This document shows, piece after piece, positions 1 to 9,421 of a stretch of 52,453 bases of DNA. The position numbers and the translations under genes were made by a program. Positions within the stretch are counted from its first letter, which is position 1; every line of letters starts with the position of its first letter. The notes beneath the pieces are model-generated. The model had not been told where the DNA came from. It searched no databases and was given only the letters and a program-made list of their open reading frames with translations. Location of the stretch: the IMG/VR virus record IMGVR_UViG_3300042546_000489, positions 1-52,453 of that record; one strand, given 5' to 3'. The stretch is from a virus. Its lineage: Duplodnaviria; Caudoviricetes.

Positions 1-318
1 GCTGGAAGCGGCTCGACGACAACACACGCCGCTACCGGATGGCGTACATCTCGACCGCAAAGAAGCAGGGCAAGTCCACGCTGCTTGCTGGTATCGGCCT
101 GTACCTTCTCGCCTTCGACGGCGAAGCCGGGGCCGAAATCTTCGGGTGCGGTGCCGATCGCGAGCAGGCGTCGATCGTGTTCCGCGAAGCGGCGAGCATG
201 GTGCGGGCGTCGCCCAAGCTCTCCCGCGTGCTGGAAGTCATCGACTCCCGCCGCACGATCGCTTACCGCAACGCGTCGTCGTTCTACCGAGTTCTGTCTG
301 CCGACGCGTTCCGGGCCG
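1..318. repeat. Terminal overlap, copy 1 (matches 52136-52453)
   Basis: Direct alignment; about 18 mismatches in positions 21-191, identical over 192-318. Confidence 0.95.
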
Positions 319-1415
319 AGGGTCTCAATATCCACGGGCTCCTCTTCGACGAGCTCCACGCCCAGCGTGACCGGCGGCTCTGGGATGCTCTGCGGTATGG
401 CGGTGCGGCACGCGAGCAGCCACTCATCGTGTCGATCACGACGGCAGGCTACGACCGCAACTCGATCTGCTGGGAACAGTACGCCTACGCCAAGGCGGTG
501 CTGCGAGATTGGACACACGATCCGACGTTCTTTCCGTGCATATACGAGGCCGAGGAGAACGACGAGTGGACGAGCGAGGACACGTGGCCGAAGGCGAATC
601 CGTCGTGGGGGGTGACGATCAAACCGGACGACTTCGCCGCCGACTGCCGGGAGGCCCAACTCTCCAGCACCAAGGAAAACTCGTTCCGCAGATACCGGCT
701 CAACCAGTGGACGCAGCAAGATACGCGGTGGATCAAGATGGAGACCTGGGACGCGTGCGCATCCGCCCCCCCTGCTCCGCTTGACGGCCGCGAGTGTTGG
801 TGCGGCCTCGACCTCGCAACGACGTACGACACGTCGGCGTTCGTCGCGGTGTTTCCGGAACCAGACGGCACGTTTGACGTGCTGTGCCGTTTTTGGATTC
901 CCGGCGTCAACGCACTCGACCGCGAAAAGCGCGACCGCGTGCCGTACATCACCTGGGCCAAAGACCCCGACACCGGGCTCGTCATGACCGACGGCAACGT
1001 CACCGACTACGACGTGATCCGCCGCGACATCAACGAGTTCGCCAAAAAATACAACGTGCGGCAGATCGCGATCGACCGCTGGAACGCGACGCAACTCTCC
1101 CTGCAACTGCAAGGGGACGGGATCGAGGTGGTAGGTTTCGGGCAGGGCTTCGGTTCGATGTCCAGCCCGTCGAAGCAACTCGAAGGGCTCATTGTTTCCG
1201 GCAAGCTCAGGCACGGCGGCAATCCGGTGCTGTCGTGGATGGCAAGCAACGCCAGCGTCAAGGTGGATGCCGCCGGAAACATTAAGCCGATCAAGCCGCC
1301 GCATGGAAGCTCCGACCGAATCGACGGCGTCGTGGCACTCGTGATGGGAATCGGATGTCACGCAGCGCAAAAGCCGCCTGACAGCACACCAGAACCCTCG
1401 ATGCTTTTCCTATGA
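39..1415 (+). CDS. terL: Terminase large subunit, C-terminal part (true start at 51931, across the junction)
   Basis: Walker A AKKQGKS, Walker B LLFDELH, nuclease GLDLA and DRIDGVVA; directly upstream of portal. Confidence 0.95.
   Translation: MAYISTAKKQGKSTLLAGIGLYLLAFDGEAGAEIFGCGADREQASIVFREAASMVRASPKLSRVLEVIDSRRTIAYRNASSFYRVLSADAFRAEGLNIHGLLFDELHAQRDRRLWDALRYGGAAREQPLIVSITTAGYDRNSICWEQYAYAKAVLRDWTHDPTFFPCIYEAEENDEWTSEDTWPKANPSWGVTIKPDDFAADCREAQLSSTKENSFRRYRLNQWTQQDTRWIKMETWDACASAPPAPLDGRECWCGLDLATTYDTSAFVAVFPEPDGTFDVLCRFWIPGVNALDREKRDRVPYITWAKDPDTGLVMTDGNVTDYDVIRRDINEFAKKYNVRQIAIDRWNATQLSLQLQGDGIEVVGFGQGFGSMSSPSKQLEGLIVSGKLRHGGNPVLSWMASNASVKVDAAGNIKPIKPPHGSSDRIDGVVALVMGIGCHAAQKPPDSTPEPSMLFL
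1105..1137 (+). promoter_or_regulatory. Candidate late promoter AACTGCAAGG-N17-TAGGTT inside terL
   Basis: One of five copies with identical spacing; upstream of the portal operon. Confidence 0.5.
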
Positions 1416-3268
1416 TTGCACCCTCAGACCGCATCCTCTGGCTTCCGACCTCAGAGTACGAGTCTCGCAACTGGGACTACGAGTCGGGCGGCTACGGCGG
1501 CAACCGCAATCCGTCGGGCGTGCGGATCGACCCCGAGACCGCGCTCCGCTCGACGGTCGTCCTCGCGTGCGTTCGCGTGCTCTCGTCCAGCGTGGCCGGG
1601 CTCCCGTTGCATCTCTACCGGCGGTTGCCCAACGGCGGCAAGGAAATCGCCCGCGAGGTGCCGCTGTACCGCATCCTCCACGAGCGTCCGAACGGCTGGC
1701 AGACGAGCTACGAGTGGCGAGAGCAGATCATGCTCCACCTGCTCACGCACGGGCAGGCGTTCGTCGAGATCGCCGGTGCCGGTCCTGCCACGCAGTTGAT
1801 CGTGCTGCACCCGAGCCGGATGCAGGTCGAGCGGATCGAGAATGGGCGACTGCGTTACCGCTACCGAGAGGATCGCGGCACCGAGACGATCTACTCGCAG
1901 GACGCGATCATGCACCTGCGGTGGCTGTCCGACGACGGCGTCAACGGCATGGTGCCGGTCGAGCTCGCCCGCGACGCGATCGGGCTGGCCCGTGCGTGCG
2001 AGATTCACGGCGCGTCGTACTTCGGCAACGGTGCCCGGCCCGGTGTGGTTCTGTCTACCGATAGCACGATCTCAGCCGAGGCGGCCGAGGCGCTTCGCAA
2101 CGGCTGGGAGCGGATGCACCGTGGCAGCGAGCGAAGTCACCGCACGGCGGTGCTCCAAGGCGGGCTCAAGCCGATCGAGCTCGGCGGCGGGAACATGCAG
2201 GAGTCGCAGTTTCTGGAGACCCGCCGCTTCGCCGTCGAGGAAATCTGCCGCATCTACGGCGTGCCGCCGCATCTCGTGGGCGACCTGACGCGGTCGTCGT
2301 TCTCGAACATCGAACAGCAGTCGCTCGATTTCGTGACGAACGGGCTGATGCCGTGGCTGCGTCGCATCGAGCTTGCGGTTGGTCGCGACCTCATCACCGA
2401 CGACACGCTCTTCGCGGAGTTCGACACTCGCGGCTCGCTGCGGGCAGACGCTGCGGGGCGTGGTGCCTACTACAACACGCTCTGGAACCTCGGCGTTCTG
2501 AGCGTCAACGAGATCCGGGCGCTGGAGAACCTCAACCCCGTCGATGGCGGCGACGTGCGGTTCGTGCAACTCAACATGACCACGCTCGACAAGGCTGCGG
2601 CCGAGCCCGAGCCGACGCCAGTCGTCGAAGAGATCGTCGTCGAGGAGCCGGTTGCCGAAGCCGCTTCACCGGAAGACGAACCCGCACCGGACGCCACGCC
2701 CCAGGTCGCCGAGGTCTCGCTCAACGGTGCCCAGATCACCGGGCTCATCGCGATCGTGCAGGCGATCTCCGATGGTCTCGTCACCCGCGAGGGCGCTGCG
2801 GCAATGATCGCTGCGTCATTCCCGAGCATCCCGCCCGCACAGATCGACGCGATCCTCGCAGGGGTGGTCGAGCGTCAACCGGCAGTAGCAGCGGATGCGC
2901 AGCCGCAGCAAGTGCCGGTCGTCGAAGACGCCCCCGCGAGGTCGCTCGAAGAGCGTGCCGAGCCCGGCACCGTCGCCGAGGGCGACTTCGTCTCGTGGGG
3001 CTCGTCTGGCGGTCGCGCCCGTGGGCGGATCGACCATGTGATGGACTACGGCACGCTCGACATCCCCGGCACCGACTTCACGATCGACGCAACCGAGGAC
3101 GACCCGGCGGCGCTGATCACGGTCTACGAAGAGGTCAGCGGCGGGTGGCGGGCAACCGAGACGCAGGTCGGACACAAGGTCTCGACGCTCACGAAGATCG
3201 ACGCGCTGCCCGAGCCGCCGCCTGCGGAGGAGCCACGGGCGAAGCCACGGAGGCGGAAGCGTGGCTAG
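1412..3268 (+). CDS. HK97-family portal protein with long C-terminal extension
   Basis: LHERPNGWQTSYEWRE, SYFGNGARPG, IYGVPPHLVG, SFSNIEQQ, NEIRALENL; about 220 extra aa at the C-terminus. Confidence 0.93.
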   Translation: MIAPSDRILWLPTSEYESRNWDYESGGYGGNRNPSGVRIDPETALRSTVVLACVRVLSSSVAGLPLHLYRRLPNGGKEIAREVPLYRILHERPNGWQTSYEWREQIMLHLLTHGQAFVEIAGAGPATQLIVLHPSRMQVERIENGRLRYRYREDRGTETIYSQDAIMHLRWLSDDGVNGMVPVELARDAIGLARACEIHGASYFGNGARPGVVLSTDSTISAEAAEALRNGWERMHRGSERSHRTAVLQGGLKPIELGGGNMQESQFLETRRFAVEEICRIYGVPPHLVGDLTRSSFSNIEQQSLDFVTNGLMPWLRRIELAVGRDLITDDTLFAEFDTRGSLRADAAGRGAYYNTLWNLGVLSVNEIRALENLNPVDGGDVRFVQLNMTTLDKAAAEPEPTPVVEEIVVEEPVAEAASPEDEPAPDATPQVAEVSLNGAQITGLIAIVQAISDGLVTREGAAAMIAASFPSIPPAQIDAILAGVVERQPAVAADAQPQQVPVVEDAPARSLEERAEPGTVAEGDFVSWGSSGGRARGRIDHVMDYGTLDIPGTDFTIDATEDDPAALITVYEEVSGGWRATETQVGHKVSTLTKIDALPEPPPAEEPRAKPRRRKRG

Positions 3269-4274
3269 GTATGACCACATCGACTTCTCGCCGCCGTCGG
3301 GCGTGCGGGAAGAGGCGGCCCGAGGGCTGGCATGGCGCGACGAGTACGGCCGAGGCGGCACGGCAGTCGGCGTTGCCCGAGCACGCGACCTGAGCAACGG
3401 GACGAACATCTCGCCCGACACGGCGAAGCGGATGGCGAGCTACTTCGCCCGGCACGAAGTGGACAAGCAGGGCGAGGGATGGAGTCCGGGGCAGGACGGC
3501 TTCCCGAGCGCGGGCCGGATCGCATGGGCTCTCTGGGGCGGCGATCCGGGGCAGGCGTGGGCGAGCAAGTTGACGCGGCAGATCGAGGCAGCGGACGAGA
3601 ACGACAGGAGCACGACGATGAACATCGAGCGACGTTCCCTCGCGATTGACGAGGTTGAATCGGCGGTCCCGCTGCTCGCGGTCGAGAGCCGCAGCGAGGA
3701 TGACGGCAGCGAGCGCGAGTACATCGTCGGCTACGCCGCGAAGTTCGGCGTCTTGTCGCTCGACCTCGGTGACTTCGTCGAGCGGATCGACCCAGGTGCG
3801 TTCGGTATCGTCGCCGAGCGTCGCGGGCGGCGGCGGCCGCTGGAGACTCGCGCCCTCTGGAATCACGACGCCAACTTCCCGCTGGCCCGCTATCCCGGCA
3901 CGCTGTCGATGAGCGTGGACGAGGTGGGGCTGCGGTATGAGTTCCCCGTGCCTGACACGACGTACGGGCGGGACATCGCGAGCAACATCCGTGCGGGCAT
4001 CGTCAAGGGCTCGTCGTTCTCGTTCACCGTGCCGAGCGGCGGCGACTCGTGGGCGGTCGAAGATGGCCGCAGTGTGCGGACGATCCAGAGGGTGGATTCT
4101 CTGATCGATTTGGGACCAGTCTGCTTCCCGGCATACCCGGATGCTGACGTGACGATCGCCCAGCGCTCCTACGATGCGTTTCGCCGTCAGCGTGACGCCG
4201 AGGCTCATCGCCGCATGGCTGCGGCGACCCGCGCCCGAGAACTCCGCGAGTACCTGACCAAGCATGGCCGCTAA
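3261..4274 (+). CDS. HK97-family prohead protease with N-terminal extra domain
   Basis: GYAAKF, FVERIDPGAF, ALWNHD, GSSFSF, PVCFPAY; lies between portal and capsid. Confidence 0.9.
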   Translation: MARYDHIDFSPPSGVREEAARGLAWRDEYGRGGTAVGVARARDLSNGTNISPDTAKRMASYFARHEVDKQGEGWSPGQDGFPSAGRIAWALWGGDPGQAWASKLTRQIEAADENDRSTTMNIERRSLAIDEVESAVPLLAVESRSEDDGSEREYIVGYAAKFGVLSLDLGDFVERIDPGAFGIVAERRGRRRPLETRALWNHDANFPLARYPGTLSMSVDEVGLRYEFPVPDTTYGRDIASNIRAGIVKGSSFSFTVPSGGDSWAVEDGRSVRTIQRVDSLIDLGPVCFPAYPDADVTIAQRSYDAFRRQRDAEAHRRMAAATRARELREYLTKHGR

Positions 4275-4440
4275 GTCCGGCGACACGTGCGAGCGGTGCA
4301 AAGCCGCTCGCCTCAACGTCGCGTCGAGTCAGGCGAGAGGCGAGTACCAGACTCGCTACCTGCGCTGCCCCCGCTGCGGGCACACAGACAAGCACGTCGT
4401 GCATTCCGAGCACGTGCGTCGTCGGGCTTTTACTTCATAG
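4264..4440 (+). CDS. Small zinc-ribbon protein (Ogr/Delta-like), 58 aa, not in the ORF track
   Basis: Translated by hand: MAAKSGDTCERCK...RYLRCPRCGHTDK; two CxxC pairs; overlaps the protease stop. Confidence 0.65.
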   Translation: MAAKSGDTCERCKAARLNVASSQARGEYQTRYLRCPRCGHTDKHVVHSEHVRRRAFTS

Positions 4441-4457
4441 TAAAAAACCCGGCGTCG

Positions 4458-4490
4458 AACTGGATGGGTGCCTGTCTGGCTCCGTAGGTT
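4458..4490 (+). promoter_or_regulatory. Candidate late promoter AACTGGATGG-N17-TAGGTT upstream of the major capsid gene
   Basis: Variant copy of the repeated bipartite motif, in the intergenic gap. Confidence 0.5.
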
Positions 4491-4541
4491 CGTGGATAGG
4501 TGGCGTGAGCGCCGCCGCATCCCGACCAAGGAGATCGCACC

Positions 4542-5912
4542 GTGGACAAGATCAAGCAGCTTCTCGACGAGCTCGCCCAGGTCGTCGCCGAGATGGAAGC
4601 GATGTCCGAGGCTCCCGCCGAGGGCGACGCCCCCGCGATGGACGCGGAGGAGGAGTCGTCGCTTCGCTCGCTGTCCGAGCGTGCCGACAAGCTCCGCAGC
4701 CAGATCGAGCTGCTGCGTGCCATCGAGGCGAAGAACCTCGAACTGCGTGCCGTGCTGGAGCGTGGTGCTCCCGCCAAGGCGATCGAGAAGGCTGCTGCCG
4801 AGGAGGCTCCCGTGGAGAAGCGAACCGTCCCCGCGATCCCCGTTAGCCACGGACCGCTCAAGGCGTTCCGCAGCGCCGAGTCAGCGTACCGCGCTGGCAT
4901 GCACCTGAGGGGCTACGTGTTCGGCGACGCCGAGGCTCGTCGGTGGTGCGTCGATCACGGCGTCGAGAGCCGCGCCCAGGCGGGCGGCGTCAACTCGCTC
5001 GGTGGTGTGCTGACCAGCCCCGAGCTCAGCAACGAGATCATCCGGCTCGTCGAGGAGTACGGCGTGTTCCCGCAGTACGCTCGCCGGGTGCCGATGTCGA
5101 GCGACACCCTCAACATCGCCCGTCGCACCGGTGGGCTCGCCGCCCGTCCGGTCGGTGAGAACGCCGAGGTTCTCGCGAGCGACGTGACGTTCGACAACGT
5201 CGAGCTCGTCGCGAAGATCTGGGGCGTGGCGAATCGCGTCCCGAACTCGCTGCTCGAAGACTCGGTCATCGACCTCGCCGACCTCATGGCCGTCGAGACG
5301 GCTCAAGCGTTCGCCGAGGCCGTCGATAATTCGGCGTTCGGTCCTGCCGACGGCGAGAGCACCTACCACGGCGTGGTCAGCATCACGAAGAAGATCGTCA
5401 AGGCTGCTCACTCGGCGTCGGTCGTCACCACGACCAACGGCACCGAGGACACCTACGGCGAACTGACCATGAAAAACTTCACCGACATGGTGGCGAAGCT
5501 GCCCACCTATGCTCGGCGGAACGCCCGGTTCTACATCTCCCCGTCCGGCTGGGGCGCTGCGATGCTCAGGCTCGCGATGCTCCCCGGTGGTGCGAGCGGC
5601 CCTGGCGGCAACTCGTCCAGCGACGTGGCCGCCGGGTTCGGTGAGCGGTTCCTCGGATACCCTGTCGTGCTCGTCTCGGCGATGCACTCCAGCCTCGACG
5701 ACAGCAGCGGCGAGGTGGCCTGCCTCTTCGGCGACCTCTCGCAGGCCGCCGTCTACGGCGAGCGTCGGGCGATCCAGATCCGCACGGCGTCCGAGCGGTA
5801 CATCGAGTACGACCAGACCCTCACGTTCGCCACGACCCGCAACGCGATCGTCGTGCATGACGTGGGCTCAACGAGCAAGGCTGGCCCGGTCGTGGCTCTC
5901 AAGTTCGGCTGA
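4542..5912 (+). CDS. Major capsid protein, HK97 fold with N-terminal delta/scaffold coiled coil
   Basis: Acidic coiled-coil N-terminus; GGVLTSPELSNEII, VPNSLLEDS, FLGYPV, LFGDLS; RBS AAGGAGA. Confidence 0.93.
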   Translation: MDKIKQLLDELAQVVAEMEAMSEAPAEGDAPAMDAEEESSLRSLSERADKLRSQIELLRAIEAKNLELRAVLERGAPAKAIEKAAAEEAPVEKRTVPAIPVSHGPLKAFRSAESAYRAGMHLRGYVFGDAEARRWCVDHGVESRAQAGGVNSLGGVLTSPELSNEIIRLVEEYGVFPQYARRVPMSSDTLNIARRTGGLAARPVGENAEVLASDVTFDNVELVAKIWGVANRVPNSLLEDSVIDLADLMAVETAQAFAEAVDNSAFGPADGESTYHGVVSITKKIVKAAHSASVVTTTNGTEDTYGELTMKNFTDMVAKLPTYARRNARFYISPSGWGAAMLRLAMLPGGASGPGGNSSSDVAAGFGERFLGYPVVLVSAMHSSLDDSSGEVACLFGDLSQAAVYGERRAIQIRTASERYIEYDQTLTFATTRNAIVVHDVGSTSKAGPVVALKFG

Positions 5913-5952
5913 TACGGCGACTGACTTTCAACCCTCCGAGGAGATCTGAACA

Positions 5953-6402
5953 GTGAACCATCTCGAAGCCACGAAGTCCGTCGTCGGCCACACCGAGAAC
6001 CTGACGGCGGCGCAGACCCACACGCTGGTGATCGACCGTCTCGGCTACGAGTACGTGTCGCTCGACGTTGCCCAGGAGCCGTGGACGAACGCGGGTTTCA
6101 CCTCGCAGGCGTCCTTCACGGTGCTGAAGCTCAGCGAGTCCGACAACAACTCGGACTACAGCGACGTGACGGCGTTCGTCGGTGGCGGCACCGGCGGCTT
6201 CACGCTGCCCACGCCGACCGCCACCGCTGGCGACGTGGTCGTGCGGATGGACGTGGATTGCCGTGGGAAAAAGCGGTACTTGAAGTTGACCGCGACTCCC
6301 TACACGACCGGCACCGTCTACACGGTCGCCCGGCTCGGCAAGGGCAACGACGGCCCGGTCAGCGCCTCGTCGAAGAACGTCAACGCCACGGTCAGCGGCT
6401 GA
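5953..6402 (+). CDS. Putative capsid decoration / head accessory protein
   Basis: Follows the capsid gene; beta-rich, LSESD...KRYLK pattern; strong RBS. Confidence 0.55.
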   Translation: MNHLEATKSVVGHTENLTAAQTHTLVIDRLGYEYVSLDVAQEPWTNAGFTSQASFTVLKLSESDNNSDYSDVTAFVGGGTGGFTLPTPTATAGDVVVRMDVDCRGKKRYLKLTATPYTTGTVYTVARLGKGNDGPVSASSKNVNATVSG

Positions 6403-6408
6403 TCCGGC

Positions 6409-6428
6409 TTGACACGACCGACACAGTG
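6409..6428 (+). promoter_or_regulatory. TTGAC-N8-CACAGTG motif
   Basis: Member of the repeated short-spacer motif family. Confidence 0.35.
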
Positions 6429-6429
6429 A

Positions 6430-6466
6430 GCGGCGGGTGGCGACGAGCCGCCCGCCGTTTCGCTTT
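6430..6466 (+). terminator. Intrinsic terminator-like hairpin after the head genes
   Basis: GCGGCGGGTGGC / GCCGCCCGCCGT stem followed by TTCGCTTT. Confidence 0.55.
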
Positions 6467-6478
6467 GGAGGGTGACGC

Positions 6479-7213
6479 GTGATCGTTCAAGTCGGCGATA
6501 CGTCGGTCGAAGTGCGTGCCGAGGCGGTGCTGTCGGCCCCGAGGTTTGGACCCTTGACGAACGTCTTCGCGTTCATCGAGAGCCTCATGCCGCTGCACAT
6601 TCGCCCGACGCTCGGGCAGGGTGCCTACTGGTCGATGGCCCTCACCCGGATGCTTGAGATGTTCTCGGATAAGACCGAGTACATCATCACGCTGGACTAC
6701 GACACGTTCGTCACACAGTCCGATGTCGAGCGGCTCTTCGCTCTGGCGATGACGTGCCAGTGCGACGCTCTCGCCCCGATCCAGGCGAAACGCGAGGACG
6801 GTCGTCCGATGCTCACGCTCCTCGACACGATGGACGCCCCGCCCGCCGACGGCAAAACCGAACTGCCGCTGTCGTGGTTTGCCGAGCCGGTGCAGCAGGT
6901 CGATACGGCGCACTTCGGCTGCACGATCATCTCCACCAGGGCGCTGCGGCGAACGCTCAAGCCGTGGTTTCACTCGAAGCCAGACGCCGAAGGCGGCTGG
7001 GGCGACGGGCGGGTCGATGATGATCTGTGGTTCTGGTCGCAGTTCAAGAAGTCGGGCAACCGCCTATTCATCACGCCTCGCGTCGTGATCGGTCACGGCG
7101 AGTATGTGATCTCGTGGCCGAGCAAGGATTTCTCCGGTCCGGTGTTCCAGCACACGACGAACTGGCAGCGGACGAAGCGACCGCCAGAAACTGCATGGAG
7201 GGTCGGCGAATGA
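6479..7213 (+). CDS. GT-A fold glycosyltransferase-like protein inside the head module
   Basis: ITLDYDTF (DxD), AHFGCTII, DDDLWF, VVIGH. Confidence 0.7.
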   Translation: MIVQVGDTSVEVRAEAVLSAPRFGPLTNVFAFIESLMPLHIRPTLGQGAYWSMALTRMLEMFSDKTEYIITLDYDTFVTQSDVERLFALAMTCQCDALAPIQAKREDGRPMLTLLDTMDAPPADGKTELPLSWFAEPVQQVDTAHFGCTIISTRALRRTLKPWFHSKPDAEGGWGDGRVDDDLWFWSQFKKSGNRLFITPRVVIGHGEYVISWPSKDFSGPVFQHTTNWQRTKRPPETAWRVGE

Positions 7214-7422
7214 CGACAATCAGAGTACGGATGAATCGTGCATACGGTGCCTACAAGGCGGGCGAGCTCGTCGAGGTGGACGAGTCCTTTGCCGCGAGGC
7301 TCTTCGCGTGGGGCTACGCGAAACGGGAGACGCAGCAATCGCTGATCGAGACGGCAGCGGTGGAGCCGGTCGCGGAGCGAGCAGACGTGACGCCACGACG
7401 TAAGGGGCGACGCCATGAATGA
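7210..7422 (+). CDS. Small head-associated hypothetical protein
   Basis: ATGA overlaps at both ends; YKAGELVEVD...GYA pattern. Confidence 0.65.
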   Translation: MTTIRVRMNRAYGAYKAGELVEVDESFAARLFAWGYAKRETQQSLIETAAVEPVAERADVTPRRKGRRHE

Positions 7423-8026
7423 CGGCAAGCGATACCGATCACTGAAGGTCGCCACGCAGCCGGTCGTCGAGCCGGTGAGCGTCGCCGACGCCAAGGCTCA
7501 CATTCGCGTCGATCACAATACCGACGACGCCTACATCGCTGCGCTCATCTCTGCGGCCCGCGAGTACTGCGAGACGTACATGGACGAGACGCTGGTGGAC
7601 ACGCAGTACGTGATGCGGCTCGATGCGTTCCCGGCGGTCATCGAGTTGCCCCGCCCGCCAATGTCGCAGACCACCGGACGCACGGCGGTCTCGATCGTCT
7701 ACACCGCGAGCGAGGCGGGCAACACGGCGACGCTCTCGACGACCGAGTACCGCGTCGATCGGGACGCGAAGCCTGGCACGCTGCGAACGCTCTACGCCGG
7801 ATCGTGGCCGAGCCATCTGCTCGACTACGGCAGCGTCACGGTGACGTGGTGGGGTGGCCGTGGCGACGACGGCAGCAAGGTGTCGCCCCGCGTCAAGGCG
7901 GCAATCCTCATGCTCGTCGGGCAGTGGTATGAGCGCCGCATGGCGGCCGACGCCGTGTCGCTTTCCGAGATGCCGTTCGGCGTGAAGGCGTTGCTCGACA
8001 GTGTGAAGTGGGGATCGTACACGTGA
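7415..8026 (+). CDS. Head-tail connector (HK97 gp6-like)
   Basis: EPVSVADAKAHIRVD...DDAYI...AAREYCE, AILMLVGQWYERR. Confidence 0.9.
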   Translation: MNDGKRYRSLKVATQPVVEPVSVADAKAHIRVDHNTDDAYIAALISAAREYCETYMDETLVDTQYVMRLDAFPAVIELPRPPMSQTTGRTAVSIVYTASEAGNTATLSTTEYRVDRDAKPGTLRTLYAGSWPSHLLDYGSVTVTWWGGRGDDGSKVSPRVKAAILMLVGQWYERRMAADAVSLSEMPFGVKALLDSVKWGSYT

Positions 8027-8340
8027 TTGATCCCGGCAAACTCCGCGAGCGGGTGACTGTGCAGATCGCCACCGGGGCGACGAACGCCATCGGCGAGACG
8101 GTACTGACGTGGAGCGACTCGACGGCCGTGTGGGCAAGCGTCGAGGGCGTGTCGGCCCGCGAGGCGCTGGCTGCGAATCAGCAGGAGGTGACCGTCACGC
8201 ACCGCGTGAGAACCAGATACATCCCGGGACTCACGCAGCAGATGCGGTTCGCGTGGCGCGGAAGGACGCTCGACATCGTGTCGCTCCTCGAACACAACAA
8301 CCGCAGCGAGCACGAGTGCATCTGCGAGGAGCGGACGTAA
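8023..8340 (+). CDS. Head closure / head-tail adaptor (SPP1 gp16-like)
   Basis: PGKLRERVTVQ, VWASVE, THRVRTRY. Confidence 0.88.
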   Translation: MIDPGKLRERVTVQIATGATNAIGETVLTWSDSTAVWASVEGVSAREALAANQQEVTVTHRVRTRYIPGLTQQMRFAWRGRTLDIVSLLEHNNRSEHECICEERT

Positions 8341-9008
8341 TGGCAGACACTCGCGTCAAGGTCGAGTTCGACACACAGGAGCTCGCCGTCCTGCGAGCGG
8401 CTTTTAGCAGGCTTCCGAAGAACATCTCGGCACGCTACCTCGGCGCCGCCCTGCGGTCTGCATCGAGGCCCGCACTCGCGAAGTTGCGTCAACTCACTCC
8501 CAGAGGCCCGACCGGCAACCTCAAGCGGTCGATCGCCACGAAGGTGAAGCGATACAAAAGCGGAAACGCCGTCTCTCTCGTGGGCTACCAAGCGGCGACC
8601 GGCGCTGGCCAGAAAGCGAGGGGCTTCCATCAAGGGTTCGTTGAGTTCGGCACAAAGCGTCGAACGGCCAAGGGCAGGTACGCATCGACCTACTGGAGCA
8701 AGACCGTAGATCGTCAGGGCAAGTTCCAGGTCTTGACGACCAAGCGAGGTAAGAACGCCGGAAAGATTCGGACGAAGCCGTTTCCGAAGTCATTCTTCAA
8801 GGTCGCCAAGCGAGGCCAGAAGGTTGAGCTCGGCAAGATGCCGGTCGGCGGAAAGCGAGGGATTGCGCCAGTCAAGACCGCATGGGCTCGCTCGCTGCCC
8901 GAGGTTCGGAAAACTCTTGAACTTCAGATGGCGGTGCGGCTTGAAAATGCTCTCAAGGACTTGGCTACCGGCGTGAAGAGTCGCGGCTTCGGACGAGGTA
9001 GGAGATGA
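8340..9008 (+). CDS. HK97 gp10-like tail component
   Basis: PTGNLKRSI, FVEFGT; basic; synteny. Confidence 0.8.
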   Translation: MADTRVKVEFDTQELAVLRAAFSRLPKNISARYLGAALRSASRPALAKLRQLTPRGPTGNLKRSIATKVKRYKSGNAVSLVGYQAATGAGQKARGFHQGFVEFGTKRRTAKGRYASTYWSKTVDRQGKFQVLTTKRGKNAGKIRTKPFPKSFFKVAKRGQKVELGKMPVGGKRGIAPVKTAWARSLPEVRKTLELQMAVRLENALKDLATGVKSRGFGRGRR

Positions 9009-9418
9009 GCTACAAGTCCCCGGAAAAAGTGCTGCTCGATGTTCTGGTGACGGCCACCGCCGTAACCAGCGTCGTCGGCACGCGGATCTACCCTCTGCTC
9101 GCCCCAGCCTCGTCTGCCCTGCCGTTCGTCACGTGGAGGCGCACCGGCATCGAGCGGACCCAGACGCTCGGCTCGCCTCACGGCGTGCCACGGGTTTCCG
9201 TGGACTACACGGTCGTGGCGGCGACCTACAACCAGGCCCGCGAGGCGGCTGATGCCATGCGTCGCACTCTGGATGGGTACGGCGGCACGGTGGACAATAC
9301 GGTTGTGGAGCAGGTCAGCCTCGAAAACGAGGTCGATGACTTCGTCACGCTGGCAGGCTCCGACCAGCCGCCTTCGTATTCGGTCACGCAGTCCTACGAC
9401 ATTTGGTGGAGAGAGTGA
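9005..9418 (+). CDS. Tail terminator / completion protein (DUF3168-like)
   Basis: VGTRIYPLLAP...LPFVTW; synteny. Confidence 0.8.
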   Translation: MSYKSPEKVLLDVLVTATAVTSVVGTRIYPLLAPASSALPFVTWRRTGIERTQTLGSPHGVPRVSVDYTVVAATYNQAREAADAMRRTLDGYGGTVDNTVVEQVSLENEVDDFVTLAGSDQPPSYSVTQSYDIWWRE

Positions 9419-9421
9419 CGC

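Noticed and set aside
1-318. Biological direct terminal repeat
   Set aside because: Falls mid-terL, copies differ, and HNH/P27-type packaging genes point to cos ends
3189-5858. Long minus-strand ORFs here and elsewhere (e.g. 24096-25292, 27275-28390)
   Set aside because: Antisense shadows of well-supported + strand genes in high-GC DNA
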